Shown in pieces: positions 62,226-62,335 of a DNA stretch of 62,335 bases; positions within the stretch are counted from its first letter, which is position 1, and each line of letters opens with the position of its first letter. The notes beneath the pieces are model-generated. The model saw only the letters and a program-made list of their open reading frames with translations. It was not told the DNA's origin and did not search any database. The position numbers were made by a program, and so were the translations under genes. Source of the stretch: Parasitella parasitica NRRL 2501 (Eukaryota > Fungi > Mucoromycota); NCBI GenBank assembly GCA_025201805.1, contig MU619337.1:58702-121036 (forward strand), given 5' to 3'.

Positions 62226-62335
62226 ATGTCTTCAAACAACAACGAAATCAACAACAAGGCCACTTATGCTGAAATGGCAAGTCGTCCTGTTGGATCTCGC
62301 CAGAGTTCCAACTCTACGGGATCTGTGGCTAATGC
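62226..62335 (+). CDS. 5' end of an ORF truncated by the window edge; possibly a retroelement gag/ORF1
   Basis: ATG in an A-rich context, open to the window end: MSSNNNEINNKATYAEMASRPVGSRQSSNSTGSVAN. The N-rich start and [ST]YAxxA motif resemble fungal retroelement ORF1 N-termini. Confidence 0.4.
   Translation, partial: MSSNNNEINNKATYAEMASRPVGSRQSSNSTGSVAN

Overview
This is eukaryotic, intron-rich fungal genomic DNA with short (~50-70 nt) GT-AG introns, AT-rich intergenic DNA and two N gaps. Gene content and intron style suggest a Mucorales (Mucor-like) scaffold; that assignment is an inference. The ORF track splits most genes, so I re-joined exons by eye. There are about 19 host genes, in order: DEP-RGS (FlbA/Sst2-like), DJ-1/Hsp31, Ede1/Eps15, an RRM-R3H Pin4-like protein, a GRAM-TBC Rab-GAP, DCC1, an orphan, a RING/TRAF-zinc-finger protein, an Hv1 proton channel, a PH-domain protein, a FAS1 membrane protein, eEF2, a second orphan, PP5, a LARP4-like protein, a UDP-sugar transporter, a ~2,600-aa helical protein with two C1 domains, kinesin-4 and APC4. 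The right end is a repeat zone holding a Crypton (tyrosine-recombinase) transposon and the probable start of a retroelement. Four observations stand out. (1) The eEF2 has a conserved G-domain, but its diphthamide loop and sordarin pocket are rewritten, making it a candidate toxin/antibiotic-resistant paralog. Its N-terminus is also assembled through a 2-nt micro-exon that follows a hairpin-filled intron. (2) The giant protein resembles UNC-79, a NALCN-channelosome subunit not known from yeasts. (3) The Crypton has recombination-site-like ends (inverted arms plus a 6-bp AAAATA direct repeat) and a frameshift that an alternative splice donor could bypass. (4) There is a 5-nt micro-exon, and two convergent gene pairs have stop codons only 6 and 9 nt apart. 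Homology calls come from recalled motifs; no database search was run.
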